The translations under genes and the position numbers were made by a program. Shown piece after piece: positions 34,715 through 44,532 of a stretch of DNA of 64,000 nt. Under the pieces are notes generated by a model that saw nothing but the letters and a program-made list of their open reading frames with translations, was not told the origin of the DNA and made no database searches. Positions within the stretch are counted from its first letter, which is position 1, and every line of letters starts with the position of its first letter. The stretch is from Solirubrobacteraceae bacterium (GTDB lineage: Bacteria; Actinomycetota; Thermoleophilia; Solirubrobacterales; Solirubrobacteraceae), in assembly GCA_017882455.1 (NCBI GenBank), contig JADGPL010000013.1, forward strand, positions 25,116 to 89,115. The letters are read 5' to 3'.

Positions 34715-35206
34715 GTGCAGGAGATGGTGATTTACGGCGTCAGCTTCGACATGGTTGGCAAGCAGCCGATCGTGCTCCTGAAGACCGTCGAGGGCAACAA
34801 GTTCCTGCCGATCTGGATCGGACACCCCGAGGCGGCCTCGATCCTGATGAAGCTCCAGGGCGCCGGCACCCCCCGCCCGATGACCCACGACCTACTCTGT
34901 GACATCCTCGGGGAGCTCGACGTCAAATGCACCCAGGTTTCCGTCACGGAGCTGCGCGAGAACACGTTCTTCGCCTCCATCACCCTCAGCGTCAACGGCC
35001 GAGAGCTTGAAATCGACTCGCGCCCGAGCGACGCGATCGCGCTGGCCGTCCGCTCGGGCGCTCCGATCTATGCCGCCGAGGAGGTCATCTCCGAGTCCGC
35101 CATCGAGTTCGAGCACGACGTCGAGGAGTCCGAGGACGTGGTCGAGAAGTTCAAGGAGTTCCTCGATCAGGTATCCCCCGAGGACTTCGCCGCAGGCGAC
35201 TCCTGA
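34715..35206 (+). CDS. Bifunctional nuclease (BFN/DUF151) family protein
   Basis: 163 aa. PIVLLK...FLPIWIG..EA.SI.......PRPMTHDL......L......V.V..L...TF.A.I......E.DSRPSDAIALAVR..APIY. ATG 34724 is an alternative start. Confidence 0.8.
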   Translation: MQEMVIYGVSFDMVGKQPIVLLKTVEGNKFLPIWIGHPEAASILMKLQGAGTPRPMTHDLLCDILGELDVKCTQVSVTELRENTFFASITLSVNGRELEIDSRPSDAIALAVRSGAPIYAAEEVISESAIEFEHDVEESEDVVEKFKEFLDQVSPEDFAAGDS

Positions 35207-35230
35207 GTCTTATGTGTCGCCCTGAAGAGA

Positions 35231-35252
35231 CTGTATAACCATCGTTATACAG
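35231..35252 (+). terminator. AT-rich perfect hairpin in the convergent spacer between the BFN gene and ddl
   Basis: ctgtataac-catc-gttatacag forms a 9-bp stem with a 4-nt loop, followed by ccctcttt. It could act as a terminator or as a protein-binding palindrome. Confidence 0.4.
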
Positions 35253-35328
35253 CCCTCTTTGGGAGACACTTTCGCCAGTGCTCCGTACAGCGTTGGCGGC
35301 GCCGGTCACCACACTCCGTGTTGCCCCG

Positions 35329-36291
35329 TCAGCGATTGAAGGCGCTCGCGAGAATCCGCTCGACGAGCTCGTCGAAACCGATCCCGGCGGCGTCTGAGGC
35401 CAGTGGCAGCAGGCTGGTTTCGGTCAATCCGGGGCCGACGTTGGTCTCCAGCACGGACAGCTCCCCGGTGTCGGCGTCGAGCATCAGATCGACGCGGGCG
35501 ACGCCGTGGCAGCCGAGCAGCTTGTACGTCTCGAGCGCCAGCTTCTGAGCCAGCCTGGTCGTCTCTGGTGGCAGCTCGGCGGGGCACACGAACGTGGTCA
35601 TGCCGATCTCGTAGCGCGACTCGTAGTTGTAGAACTCCTCTTCCCGCGGGATCGCCTCGACCACGGGCAACGCGAGCGGCTCGCCGGTGCCGGTCTCCGC
35701 GTCGAGCACTGACACCGCCAGGTCGCGGCCCTTGACGTAACGCTCGATCACGACCTTGCGGTCGTAGGAGAGGGCGCCGACGATCGCCCCGGGCAGCTCC
35801 TCGCTCGAGCGCGCGAACTTCACACCGAGCGCGGAACCCTGGCTGGCGGGCTTTACGACCAGCGGGAGCCCGAGCTTACGCTCGATGTCTCCGAGCGCCG
35901 CGGCCACCCCCAGCTCCTTGATGGCGCTCTCCTTGATGGCGGTGAAGTCCGGAGTCGGGATGCCAGCCTCGCGCATCAGGTACTTCGCCAGCGCCTTGTC
36001 GGTGCAGCGCATGCAGGCTGCCGGCCCCGAGCCCGTGTAGGGCACGCCGATCACCTCCAGCAGCCCCTGCACCGTGCCGTCCTCGCCGTCGCCGCCGTGC
36101 AGCGCCACGAAGGCCGCGTCGGGCTTGCAATCGTGCAATTGCGCCACGAGGTCTTGGCCGGCGTCGATCGCGATCACCTCGTGGCCCAGCCGGCTCAACG
36201 CCTGCTGTACGCGTGCGCCCGAGCGCAGCGACACGGTCCGCTCCAGCGAACCCCCGCCCTTGAGCACGGCGACCTTGCTCGCGGCGCTCAT
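35329..36291 (-). CDS. ddl: D-alanine--D-alanine ligase
   Basis: 320 aa. VAVLKGGGSLERTVSLRSG, FVALHGGDGEDGTVQGLLE, and an ATP-grasp C-terminus ...ETNVGPGLTETS. Confidence 0.93.
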   Translation of the reverse strand: MSAASKVAVLKGGGSLERTVSLRSGARVQQALSRLGHEVIAIDAGQDLVAQLHDCKPDAAFVALHGGDGEDGTVQGLLEVIGVPYTGSGPAACMRCTDKALAKYLMREAGIPTPDFTAIKESAIKELGVAAALGDIERKLGLPLVVKPASQGSALGVKFARSSEELPGAIVGALSYDRKVVIERYVKGRDLAVSVLDAETGTGEPLALPVVEAIPREEEFYNYESRYEIGMTTFVCPAELPPETTRLAQKLALETYKLLGCHGVARVDLMLDADTGELSVLETNVGPGLTETSLLPLASDAAGIGFDELVERILASAFNR

Positions 36292-37838
36292 CGATCCCGT
36301 CGCCGGCGTGCCGGGCGGGCGGGGTCCTGCGCATCGCGACGAGGCAGGGCGACGATGTCGGCCAGGGGTGTGAGATCGTCGTCGTTCGGCTCGCGCTTGG
36401 AGGCGGCGGGCGAGGTCGGGGCGGGTGGGGAACCGGTCAAGGTCCCCAGCAGGCCTGTGTCGCCGCCCATGATCCTGCCGACCCGCCGGATGCCCTCGCG
36501 GATGTGATCGTCAGGGACCCCGGCGAAGTTCAAGCGCATCGAGGAGCTTCCGCGCCGACCGTCCATGTATGCGGCGCGCCCCGGCACGAACGCCACGCCT
36601 TCGCTGCGCGCCAGCAGGTCGGTCGTGTCGACGTCGTCGTCCAGGGTCGCCCAGATGAACAGCCCGCCCTCCGGCCGTGTCCAGCTGGCGCGCCCGCCGA
36701 AATGCTCCTCCAGTGATTCCAGCATCACGTCGCGCCTGCGTCGATAGAGGTTCTTCAAGCGCTCCACATACTCGACCCACGCCGGCCCGGGGAGGGGGGC
36801 TTCGGTTCCCCGCTCCGCGAAGTACGCCGCCACGAACATCTGCGTCACCGGCGAGGAGCACAGGTCCGAGCCCTGTTTGCCCAGGTTGAGCTTCTCGAGA
36901 ACCGGACGCGGCGCGACAGCCCATCCCAGGCGCAGTCCCGGTGAGAGGATCTTGGAGAAGGTGCCGAGGTAGATGACCAGATCGGATGCTCCCCCGCGAC
37001 CGACCGCGGCGGCGTCGAGCGAGTAGAGCGTCGGCAGCGGCTCGCCCTCGTAGCGCAACAGGCCGTAGGGGTTGTCCTCGAGCACCAGCAGCTCGCGCTC
37101 ACGCGCGACCTCGATCAGGCGCCGCCTGCGCGCCAGCGACATCGTCACCCCGCCCGGGTTCTGGAAGTTGGGGATCGTGTAGATGAACTTCGGGCGTCTG
37201 CCCTGCGCCTGCAGGCGGTCGAGCGTGCTCTCGAGCGCGTCGATCGGCATGCCCTCGGCATCGATGTCGATCTGCTCGACGTCGGCCTGGTAGGCGCTGA
37301 ACGTCGGAATCGCGCCCGGATATGTGGGCGCCTCGGTCACGATCACATCGCCGGGGTCGATCAGCGTCTTGCACACGAGGTCGATCACCTGCTGTCCGCC
37401 CGTGGTCACGATCACCTCGGCGGGGTCCACGATCGTTCCCTCGGCGGCCATCACCTCGACGATGCAGCCGACCGTGGCGGCCATGCCTTCGGTGGGTCCG
37501 TACTGGAGTGCCCGCGCTGTCGACTCTGCGGCCACGTCGGCCATCAGGCGCGCGTAGAGCTCTGGTGCGAAGGTGCTCGTGTCGGGCAGTCCGCCGGCGA
37601 GCGAGATCACGTCGGGACGCTCGGTCAGAGCCATCATCTCGCGCATCGCCGAGCTTTTCATGCCGCGCGTGCGCGCAGCGAACAGAGCCTCGTAGCGCGC
37701 GAGCTCATGCGCCGTGGGTCGCGCCCCGCGCCCGTCGCCGCCTCCGCTGGTCGATCGCTCCATCCGCTCGTCACCTCTATTCGCCGCCGCCGCCATCCGC
37801 CCTGGCCGCGAGACAGCATGGCCTGGGTGCGGGTCCAC
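36288..37838 (-). CDS. PLP-dependent aminotransferase, class I/II (2-aminoadipate/MocR-like catalytic domain) with a basic, low-complexity C-terminal tail
   Basis: ISLAGGLPD, YGPTEG, TTGGQQ, NFQNPGGVTMS, GTFSKILSPGLRLGW (PLP lysine). The real start is probably an internal Met (about 37763). The stop overlaps the ddl start by 4 nt. Confidence 0.8.
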   Translation of the reverse strand: MDPHPGHAVSRPGRMAAAANRGDERMERSTSGGGDGRGARPTAHELARYEALFAARTRGMKSSAMREMMALTERPDVISLAGGLPDTSTFAPELYARLMADVAAESTARALQYGPTEGMAATVGCIVEVMAAEGTIVDPAEVIVTTGGQQVIDLVCKTLIDPGDVIVTEAPTYPGAIPTFSAYQADVEQIDIDAEGMPIDALESTLDRLQAQGRRPKFIYTIPNFQNPGGVTMSLARRRRLIEVARERELLVLEDNPYGLLRYEGEPLPTLYSLDAAAVGRGGASDLVIYLGTFSKILSPGLRLGWAVAPRPVLEKLNLGKQGSDLCSSPVTQMFVAAYFAERGTEAPLPGPAWVEYVERLKNLYRRRRDVMLESLEEHFGGRASWTRPEGGLFIWATLDDDVDTTDLLARSEGVAFVPGRAAYMDGRRGSSSMRLNFAGVPDDHIREGIRRVGRIMGGDTGLLGTLTGSPPAPTSPAASKREPNDDDLTPLADIVALPRRDAQDPARPARRRRDR

Positions 37839-37890
37839 TATCGTGCTGGCCCGTTACCGCACGGTATCGCACCCCTCTGGCCCATTCTGC

Positions 37891-38520
37891 ATGCACGGTC
37901 TCTTCTTCTACATCGGTCTCGGCGCCGGCCTGGCGGCCGCCTGCGGCCTGCGACCGTTCCTGCCCGTGCTGCTCGCCGGCGCGCTCGGGTCGGCCAAGGC
38001 GCTCGGCGTCGGCTTCCCGCACGCTCCCTACCACTTCCTGCAGGCAGGCTGGTGGCTGCTGGTCGTGGTGGTCGTGCTCGCGCTGGCCTACGCTGCACAG
38101 CTGCTGGCGGGTCTCACGCCGTTCATGGACACCCGCTCACAGGACGGGAAGGGCGGCTCCTCGCTCGCCGCCGCGATCGCCGGTCTCTCGGTCGGTGCCG
38201 GTGCCCTCCTGTTCGCGGGGACGCTCTGCGCGCACGAAGACGCTTGGTGGCCGGGGCTGATCGGCGGCATCATCGTGGCCACCCTCGCCCAGCGGGCATC
38301 GGGCCCGGTCATGCTCCGCGCAAGGACCAGGCTGTCGGACCGCGGCGCGCGCGAGGCGTTGAGCCTGTATCTGGACGCCGCCGCGCTCCTGGCCGCAGCG
38401 CTCGTCGCGCTGTTGCACCCCCTCGGCTACGTGCTCGTGGTGGCGCTCGCGTGGTTTGCCTGGCGCGGGCGCGACCGCGGTGAGGAGAAGTACGCGGGGC
38501 TGCGCATCCTGCGCCGCTGA
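37891..38520 (+). CDS. DUF4126-like integral membrane protein
   Basis: Tail of ORF 37714..38520 from ATG 37891. GLRPFLPVLLAGALG and multiple hydrophobic helices. Confidence 0.6.
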   Translation: MHGLFFYIGLGAGLAAACGLRPFLPVLLAGALGSAKALGVGFPHAPYHFLQAGWWLLVVVVVLALAYAAQLLAGLTPFMDTRSQDGKGGSSLAAAIAGLSVGAGALLFAGTLCAHEDAWWPGLIGGIIVATLAQRASGPVMLRARTRLSDRGAREALSLYLDAAALLAAALVALLHPLGYVLVVALAWFAWRGRDRGEEKYAGLRILRR

Positions 38521-40031
38521 TGGATCGGCGACGCCCGAGCCCGAGCCCGGCCAAGCTCGTTCTGTGCGTGATCGATGCGATGGCTCCCGCCATGCTCGAG
38601 CGGGCCGTGGCAGCGGGAGCGGCGCCGGTGCTGGAGCGGTTGATGCAGGGCGGCCGATACGTGCCTGACTGCGTGGCGGCGTTTCCATCCGTGACGCCCG
38701 TCTGCGCAGCGTCGATCGTCACGGGCCTGGCTCAGGACGAGCACAGGATCCCGGCGATGAACTGGTTTCACCGCGAGGAGGACCGCTACATCGAATATGG
38801 CTCGAGCTTTCGCTCGGCGCAGCGCTTCGGCATCGCCCGGCAGCTGACCGACACCGTCTACAACATGAATCGCGCCCACCTCGCCGAGGAGACGCTAACG
38901 GTGTTCGAGAGCCTGGACGACGCGGACGTGCGCACCGCCGGCACGACCTATCTGATGTACCGCGGCCGCTACCGACACGAGCCCCAGCGCGACACCGCGC
39001 TCACGCGCGTGGCCGCCACGCTGATGCGCCACCCGGTGATGGGTCCGCGCGAGCTGTTCTACGCGGACATCTTCGCCTCCCGGCGCACCGGCTGCCGCTC
39101 GGGCCTGGGCATGCCCGGCGTGCGCGATCGTCACTCCGGCTGCGTCTCCTCCTACCTGGTCGAGCACGACCTGTTCGACTTCCTGTTGCTCTCGCTTCCA
39201 GACAACGACTGGTACTCGCACAAGCGCGGGCCCGACGCCCAGGTGCAGTCGATCGCCCAGGCCGACCTGCAGCTCGCGCGTGTGATGAACGCGGCCGGAG
39301 GCGTGGAGGAGTTCCTCTCCGAGCACGCCGTGATCGTCATGGCCGACCACTCCCAGGCCCCGGTGCTCGGTGCGATCGCCCTCCAGGACGATCTGGCGGA
39401 GCTGGGCGTCCTCGGCCCGGGAGAGCGTCCCTCGGACGGGCCGCGGGAGGACGAGCCGCGGATCGCGGTCTGTCCCTCTCAGCGCGCCGCGATGGTCTAT
39501 GCGCTGCACGAGTCCGAGCGCGACGCCATGCGCGCCTCGGTCGTGGCCCTGGCGCTCGGCATTGCGGGGATAGACCTCGTCCTGTGGCTCGAGCGAGACG
39601 CCCACGACGCCCCCCGCGAAGGCGTCATCTCGAGCCTGCTGCGAGGCGAGCTGCGCTTCGCCCCGGGCGGCTCGGTGCTCGACTCGCGCGGGCGTGACTG
39701 GAGCGTGGAAGGCGAGCTCGCAGCGATCGAGGCGCGAATCGAGGACGGGAGGCTGCTGAGCGAGGCCTATCCGGACGCGCTCTCGCGCGCCTGGTCGGCG
39801 CTCGCCTGCCCCACCTCGGGAGAGGTCCTGCTCTCGGCCGCACCCGGCCAGGAGTTCATGGACTGGGGGCGACAGGCCCACGTCGGAGGCGGCAGCCACG
39901 GCTCGCTGCACGCCAGCGACTCGCTCGGCGCCCTGATCCTCCACGGCGTGGAGCTCCCCGACCCCGAGCCCGCCCAGTGGGCGATCCGCGACATCGCTCC
40001 GCTCGTGCTCGCGCACTTCGCTGCTGCGTGA
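38520..40031 (+). CDS. Alkaline-phosphatase superfamily protein (type I phosphodiesterase / nucleotide pyrophosphatase-like)
   Basis: 503 aa. LCVIDAMAP, then AAFPSVTPVCAASIVTG with the nucleophile context, then MADHSQ. Confidence 0.65.
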   Translation: MDRRRPSPSPAKLVLCVIDAMAPAMLERAVAAGAAPVLERLMQGGRYVPDCVAAFPSVTPVCAASIVTGLAQDEHRIPAMNWFHREEDRYIEYGSSFRSAQRFGIARQLTDTVYNMNRAHLAEETLTVFESLDDADVRTAGTTYLMYRGRYRHEPQRDTALTRVAATLMRHPVMGPRELFYADIFASRRTGCRSGLGMPGVRDRHSGCVSSYLVEHDLFDFLLLSLPDNDWYSHKRGPDAQVQSIAQADLQLARVMNAAGGVEEFLSEHAVIVMADHSQAPVLGAIALQDDLAELGVLGPGERPSDGPREDEPRIAVCPSQRAAMVYALHESERDAMRASVVALALGIAGIDLVLWLERDAHDAPREGVISSLLRGELRFAPGGSVLDSRGRDWSVEGELAAIEARIEDGRLLSEAYPDALSRAWSALACPTSGEVLLSAAPGQEFMDWGRQAHVGGGSHGSLHASDSLGALILHGVELPDPEPAQWAIRDIAPLVLAHFAAA

Positions 40032-41812
40032 TGCGCGCCCTATCGGCCATTATCGCCTGCTCGGCGGCCCTCCTGGCGCCGTCCCTCGCGAGCGCCGACA
40101 CGGGCCTCTCGGCAGGCGTCTCGCGCACGTCGCTGGCCGGCGCCACGGACACGGCGGCGGCCTCCGCGGCCGCCTCGTCGAAATCGAGCAACCCCGAAGC
40201 TCCGATCCCTGTCGCGCCCTCGAGCGTGCCACCGGCGGGACGGCGCCTCTCGCCCGATCAGGTCCTGGCGATCGCCGAAAAGCTGCCCAGGATGCGGGCC
40301 GTCCGGCGCAAGTATCCCGGCTCCTATGGCGGCGCCTATCTCAAGCAGCCATTTCGCTGGCAGGTCAGCTTCTTCTCCCGCACCGGCAAGAAGGAGATAG
40401 GGCAGGTCCTCATCGAGGACCTCTCCGGTCGCGTGGTCGAACAGTGGACCGGCTTTCAGGTGGCCTGGACGATGGCCCGCGGCTACCCTGGCGCGTTCGG
40501 CAGGCACGTCAGCGCGCTCTACATCTGGCTGCCTCTGTGCGTCCTGTTCATCCTGCCGTTCCTCGACTTCCGCAGGCCGCTGTCGCTGCTGCACCTCGAC
40601 CTGCTCGTGCTCCTGTCCTTCTCGGTGTCGCTGGCCTTCTTCAACCACGCCGAGATCTACGGCTCGGTCCCGCTCGCCTACCCGCCGCTGCTGTATCTGC
40701 TCGCGCGCATGCTGGCGATGCTGCGTCGTGGGCGCCGCGGCGCACGTGCCCTGCCCCCGCTGCGCCTGCTCGTCCCGACTCCGTGGCTGGCGATCGGCGT
40801 CGTCTTCCTGCTCGGCTTTCGCGTCGGCCTGAACGTCACCGACTCCAACGTCATCGACGTTGGCTATGCGGGCGTGATCGGCGCGCAGCGGATCGTCCAC
40901 GACAGGCCCCTGTACGGCGCCTATCCGGTCGACAACGAACACGGCGACACCTACGGGCCGTTCAACTACGAGGCCTACGTGCCCTTCGAGCAGATCTTCG
41001 GCTGGAGCGGGCGCTGGGACGATCTGCCGGCGGCTCACGGCGCGGCGATCTTCTTCGATCTGCTGGCCGTCGGCCTGCTGTTCCTGCTCGGACGGCGAAT
41101 GCGCGGCCCGACGCTCGGCGTGGCGCTGGCCTACGCATGGGTCTCCTATCCGTTCACCCTGTTCGCCCTGGAGAGCAACTCCAACGACACCCTCGTGGCC
41201 GCGCTCGTGCTCGCTGCGCTGCTCGCGGCGAGCTACCGCTCGAGACTGGCCCCGGCCGCTCGCGGCGGGCTTGCGGCGCTCGCGGGGCTGACCAAGCTCG
41301 CCCCGCTCGCGCTCGCCCCGATCCTGGCGGCCCATGGCCTGCGCGGGCTCTCACCGCGGCGCCGCGCGCGCACCCTCGCCGTCTACCTGCTCGCGTTCGC
41401 CGCCGTGGGGGCGCTCGCGGCCATACCGGCCCTCGACCACGACTCTCTGCACACGATCTATGAGCGCACGTTCGTCTACCAGGCCAACCGCGGCTCGCCG
41501 TTCTCTGTCTGGGGCCTGTACGGCTGGCACGGGGCCGAGCGGGTCGTCGAGGTCGCGGCTGTCGTGCTCGTGCTGGCGCTCGCCGTCGTCCCGCGCCGCT
41601 CAGACGTGGTGGGCCTGGCCGCCGCCTGCGCCGCGGCGCTGATCGCGGTGGAGCTCGGCATCGAACACTGGTTCTACCTGTATATACCCTGGTTCTTCCC
41701 GCTGGTGATGATCGCGCTGCTCGGGCGCTTCAGCCATCCGTCGAGCGCGCCTGTGGGCGCGGCATCAGCACCTGCTCGATCGAGTCGGCCCGAAGCGCTC
41801 CTGAGCACCTGA
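40031..41812 (+). CDS. Polytopic membrane protein, GT-C-like glycosyltransferase candidate (DUF2029-like)
   Basis: Tail of ORF 39977..41812 from ATG 40031, in a GTGATG overlap with the upstream stop. Signal peptide, a soluble N-domain, then at least 9 hydrophobic helices. The family assignment is tentative. Confidence 0.5.
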   Translation: MRALSAIIACSAALLAPSLASADTGLSAGVSRTSLAGATDTAAASAAASSKSSNPEAPIPVAPSSVPPAGRRLSPDQVLAIAEKLPRMRAVRRKYPGSYGGAYLKQPFRWQVSFFSRTGKKEIGQVLIEDLSGRVVEQWTGFQVAWTMARGYPGAFGRHVSALYIWLPLCVLFILPFLDFRRPLSLLHLDLLVLLSFSVSLAFFNHAEIYGSVPLAYPPLLYLLARMLAMLRRGRRGARALPPLRLLVPTPWLAIGVVFLLGFRVGLNVTDSNVIDVGYAGVIGAQRIVHDRPLYGAYPVDNEHGDTYGPFNYEAYVPFEQIFGWSGRWDDLPAAHGAAIFFDLLAVGLLFLLGRRMRGPTLGVALAYAWVSYPFTLFALESNSNDTLVAALVLAALLAASYRSRLAPAARGGLAALAGLTKLAPLALAPILAAHGLRGLSPRRRARTLAVYLLAFAAVGALAAIPALDHDSLHTIYERTFVYQANRGSPFSVWGLYGWHGAERVVEVAAVVLVLALAVVPRRSDVVGLAAACAAALIAVELGIEHWFYLYIPWFFPLVMIALLGRFSHPSSAPVGAASAPARSSRPEALLST

Positions 41813-42575
41813 TCAGAGCCCCCATCAGCCACGGGTCCTCTTCGGATGTCTCGAAGCGGACGGGCATCTGCGTCAGCAGCGACTCGATCGCCTGCTCGCG
41901 CTTGACGCCGATCACCCCGCCCCGCGGGCCGGTCATCCCGACGTCGGTGATGTACGCGGTGCCCTTGGGCAGCACGCGCGCGTCGGCGGTGGGGACGTGC
42001 GTGTGCGTTCCCACGACCGCCGTGACCCGGCCGTCGAGGTGCCAGCCCATCGCGACCTTCTCCGAGGTCGCCTCTGCGTGAACGTCCACGAGGATGTGAT
42101 CCACCGCCCCGACTTCGCCGAGCGCCACCTCGATCTCGGTGAAGGCCGAGCGTCCCGCGCGCAGGTAGAGGTTGCCGCTGAGGTTGATCACGCCGAGGCG
42201 CACCCCGTCGCGCTCCACGACGCAGACGCCGCGGCCGGGCTGGCTGCGAAGGAAGTTGGCCGGGCGCACGATCGGGTGCTCGCCCTCGAGATAGGGGTAG
42301 ATCTCGCGACGGTGGTAGGTGTGGTTGCCGAGCGTGATCGCGTCGACACCCGCCGCGAACATCTGCTCGGCGATCTTGGGGGTGATCCCGAGGCCGCCGG
42401 CGGCGTTCTCGCCGTTGACCACGACGAACGTGGGCGCGTGGAGCTCGCGCAGGACGGGTAGGCAGTCGAGCAGCGTGTGCTTGCCGAGTCCACCGACGAC
42501 GTCGCCGACGAACAGGATGCTCACCGCCTTCGCTGAGTCCGGCACAGCCGCGGTGGCCGCCTCGGACTCAGCCAT
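41730..42575 (-). CDS. YmdB-like metallophosphoesterase (TIGR00282 family)
   Basis: Tail of ORF 41730..42704 from the internal ATG. ILFVGDVVG, VVNGENAAGGLGIT, GNHTY, DVHAEATSEK, GTHTHVPTAD, DVGMTG. Confidence 0.85.
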   Translation of the reverse strand: MAESEAATAAVPDSAKAVSILFVGDVVGGLGKHTLLDCLPVLRELHAPTFVVVNGENAAGGLGITPKIAEQMFAAGVDAITLGNHTYHRREIYPYLEGEHPIVRPANFLRSQPGRGVCVVERDGVRLGVINLSGNLYLRAGRSAFTEIEVALGEVGAVDHILVDVHAEATSEKVAMGWHLDGRVTAVVGTHTHVPTADARVLPKGTAYITDVGMTGPRGGVIGVKREQAIESLLTQMPVRFETSEEDPWLMGALIRCSGALRADSIEQVLMPRPQARSTDG

Positions 42576-42598
42576 ACTCTGGCGATGGGAGCAGGGCT

Positions 42599-43816
42599 GT
42601 GAACGGAGTCTCCGAGAAAGCCCCCGAGGCTGATGCTGGCCGATCTCCGAGCGGTCCTCCGAGCGAGGAGGAGCGCGAGCTGACGGACTCGCCCGAGCGC
42701 GCACGCTCGGAGCCGCCGCGCGCCGTGGTCCCGCGCTGGGTGCAGCTGACCCTGCTGCCGCTGACGCTGCTCGCGGTGTGGGCTGTGGCGAAAGCCGCCG
42801 GGAAAGTGCTGGTCATCTTCATCGTCGCGGCGCTGATCGCGCTGATCCTCAACCCGGCTGTGGCCTTCCTCCAGCGCACGAAGCTTCCCCGTGGCCTGGC
42901 GGTGCTCGCCGTGTATCTCGCATTCTTCCTCATGCTGAGCGGAATCGGGGTGCTACTTGCCAACCCTATCTCCAACCAGGTCGAATCGTTCAGCCGCAAC
43001 GTGCCGAACCTGGTCAAGAAAGCCAATAAATCCCTCGCCAGCGCGCAGTCAACGCTCAACAACAGCGGTCTGCACGTGCAGTTCATCAAGCAGGGCAAGA
43101 CCGCGCTGCAGAGCCTGCAGGAGAAACTCATCAAGGGCTCCAGCTCGATCGTCTCCTCCGCCGGCGGGGTGCTGACGGAAGTGGTGAGCGCGGGGTTCGA
43201 CTTCGTGCTCGTGTTCGTGCTGTCCGTCTACATGCTGCTGTACGGGCCGCGCATCGGAAAGCTGATGCGCACCTACATGCCTGAAGGGGACGGCACGCCC
43301 GCGGACGACTACCCCCACCTCGTGCAGAGCGCAGTGGCGCGCTACGTCGGCGGGCAGCTGCTGTTCAGCCTGATCATGGGCACCACCGCCGGCGTTGCGC
43401 TGTATGTGCTCGGGGTCGTCGGGATCTTTCCCGACGGGCGCAAATACGCGGTCGCCTTCGCCGTCTTCTACGCGCTGATGGAGCTGGTCCCCTACATAGG
43501 CCCGATCGTCGGAGCGCTGCCGGCGGTGCTGATCGCGCTGTTCAGCGACCCGATCTCGGCGCTGTGGGTGGTCCTGATGTTCGTCGCGCTGCAGCAGCTC
43601 GAGGGCCACATCGTGGCCCCCCAGATCTTTGGGCACACGCTGCGCATCAACCCGCTGCTCGTGATCTTCGCACTGCTGCTCGGACTCCAGCTGCACGGGA
43701 TCGTGGGCGCGCTGATCGCGCTGCCGATCCTGTCGATCCTGCGTGAGACAGCCGTCTACCTGGGTCGCCACATCGAGTTCGAACCGTGGGATCGCCAGTC
43801 CCGCCGGCTCCTGTGA
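42599..43816 (+). CDS. AI-2E family transporter (PerM/UPF0118)
   Basis: 405 aa. VPYIGPIVGALPAVLIAL...LQQLEGHIVAPQIFGHTLRINPLLVIFALL. Confidence 0.85.
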   Translation: MNGVSEKAPEADAGRSPSGPPSEEERELTDSPERARSEPPRAVVPRWVQLTLLPLTLLAVWAVAKAAGKVLVIFIVAALIALILNPAVAFLQRTKLPRGLAVLAVYLAFFLMLSGIGVLLANPISNQVESFSRNVPNLVKKANKSLASAQSTLNNSGLHVQFIKQGKTALQSLQEKLIKGSSSIVSSAGGVLTEVVSAGFDFVLVFVLSVYMLLYGPRIGKLMRTYMPEGDGTPADDYPHLVQSAVARYVGGQLLFSLIMGTTAGVALYVLGVVGIFPDGRKYAVAFAVFYALMELVPYIGPIVGALPAVLIALFSDPISALWVVLMFVALQQLEGHIVAPQIFGHTLRINPLLVIFALLLGLQLHGIVGALIALPILSILRETAVYLGRHIEFEPWDRQSRRLL

Positions 43817-44532
43817 GCGCGGTTCTCAGCGTCAGCTCCCTCGGCAAGCGCTACGGAGACCTGCAGGCGCTTGCAGACGTGGGCTTCGAGGTGTGCGCCG
43901 GCGAGCTCGTGGCGGTCGTGGGTCCCAATGGCGCCGGCAAGACCACCCTGCTGTCGATCGTCGCCGGGATCCAGCCGCCGAGCTCGGGATCGGTCAGCCG
44001 CTCCCCCCGCGAGGTCGGCTGGGCGCCCCAGCAGCCGGCGCTCTACTCCAAGCTCTCGGTGGCTGAGAACCTCGAGCTTTTCGCCCACCTGGAGAAGGTC
44101 TCCGATCCGCGCGCGGCGGTCGCGCGCATGCTCGATCAGACAGGGCTCACGGCGCGTGCGGGCGAGGCCGTAGGGCGCCTGTCGGGCGGCAATCGCCAGC
44201 GGGTCAACGTGGCCCTGGGGTTGATCGCCGACCCGCCCGTGCTCGCGCTCGACGAGCCCACGGCATCGCTTGACCCGGGCCAGCGCGAGCGGTTGTGGCA
44301 GTTCATCGCCTCGCTCGCGCGGGCGGGCACGGCCGTGCTGTTCTCGACCCACAACGTCAGCGAGGCTCAACGCCATGCCGACCGCGTGCTCGTGCTCGCC
44401 GACGGGCGCCTGCTCTTCGACGGGCCGCCGCGAAGCCTGCTGCTGGAGGCCGGGGAGGATGAGCGCGGCGACCTCGAGCGGGCGCTCGTGCGCTTCCTGG
44501 CGATGCGTGCGCCGCAGGACGTCTCCGCATGA
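43813..44532 (+). CDS. ABC transporter ATP-binding protein (ABC-2 type)
   Basis: Tail of ORF 43786..44532. GPNGAGKTT, LSGGNRQRV, LALDEPTASLD. GTG 43813 overlaps the upstream stop (GTGA). Confidence 0.9.
   Translation: MSAVLSVSSLGKRYGDLQALADVGFEVCAGELVAVVGPNGAGKTTLLSIVAGIQPPSSGSVSRSPREVGWAPQQPALYSKLSVAENLELFAHLEKVSDPRAAVARMLDQTGLTARAGEAVGRLSGGNRQRVNVALGLIADPPVLALDEPTASLDPGQRERLWQFIASLARAGTAVLFSTHNVSEAQRHADRVLVLADGRLLFDGPPRSLLLEAGEDERGDLERALVRFLAMRAPQDVSA

Noticed and set aside
41730-41812. An 83-nt convergent overlap between the membrane GT-C-like gene and the YmdB-like gene.
   Set aside because: Both C-terminal tails are low-complexity extensions past the conserved domains. Late stop codons are expected in GC-rich DNA, so this is probably not a functional overlap.
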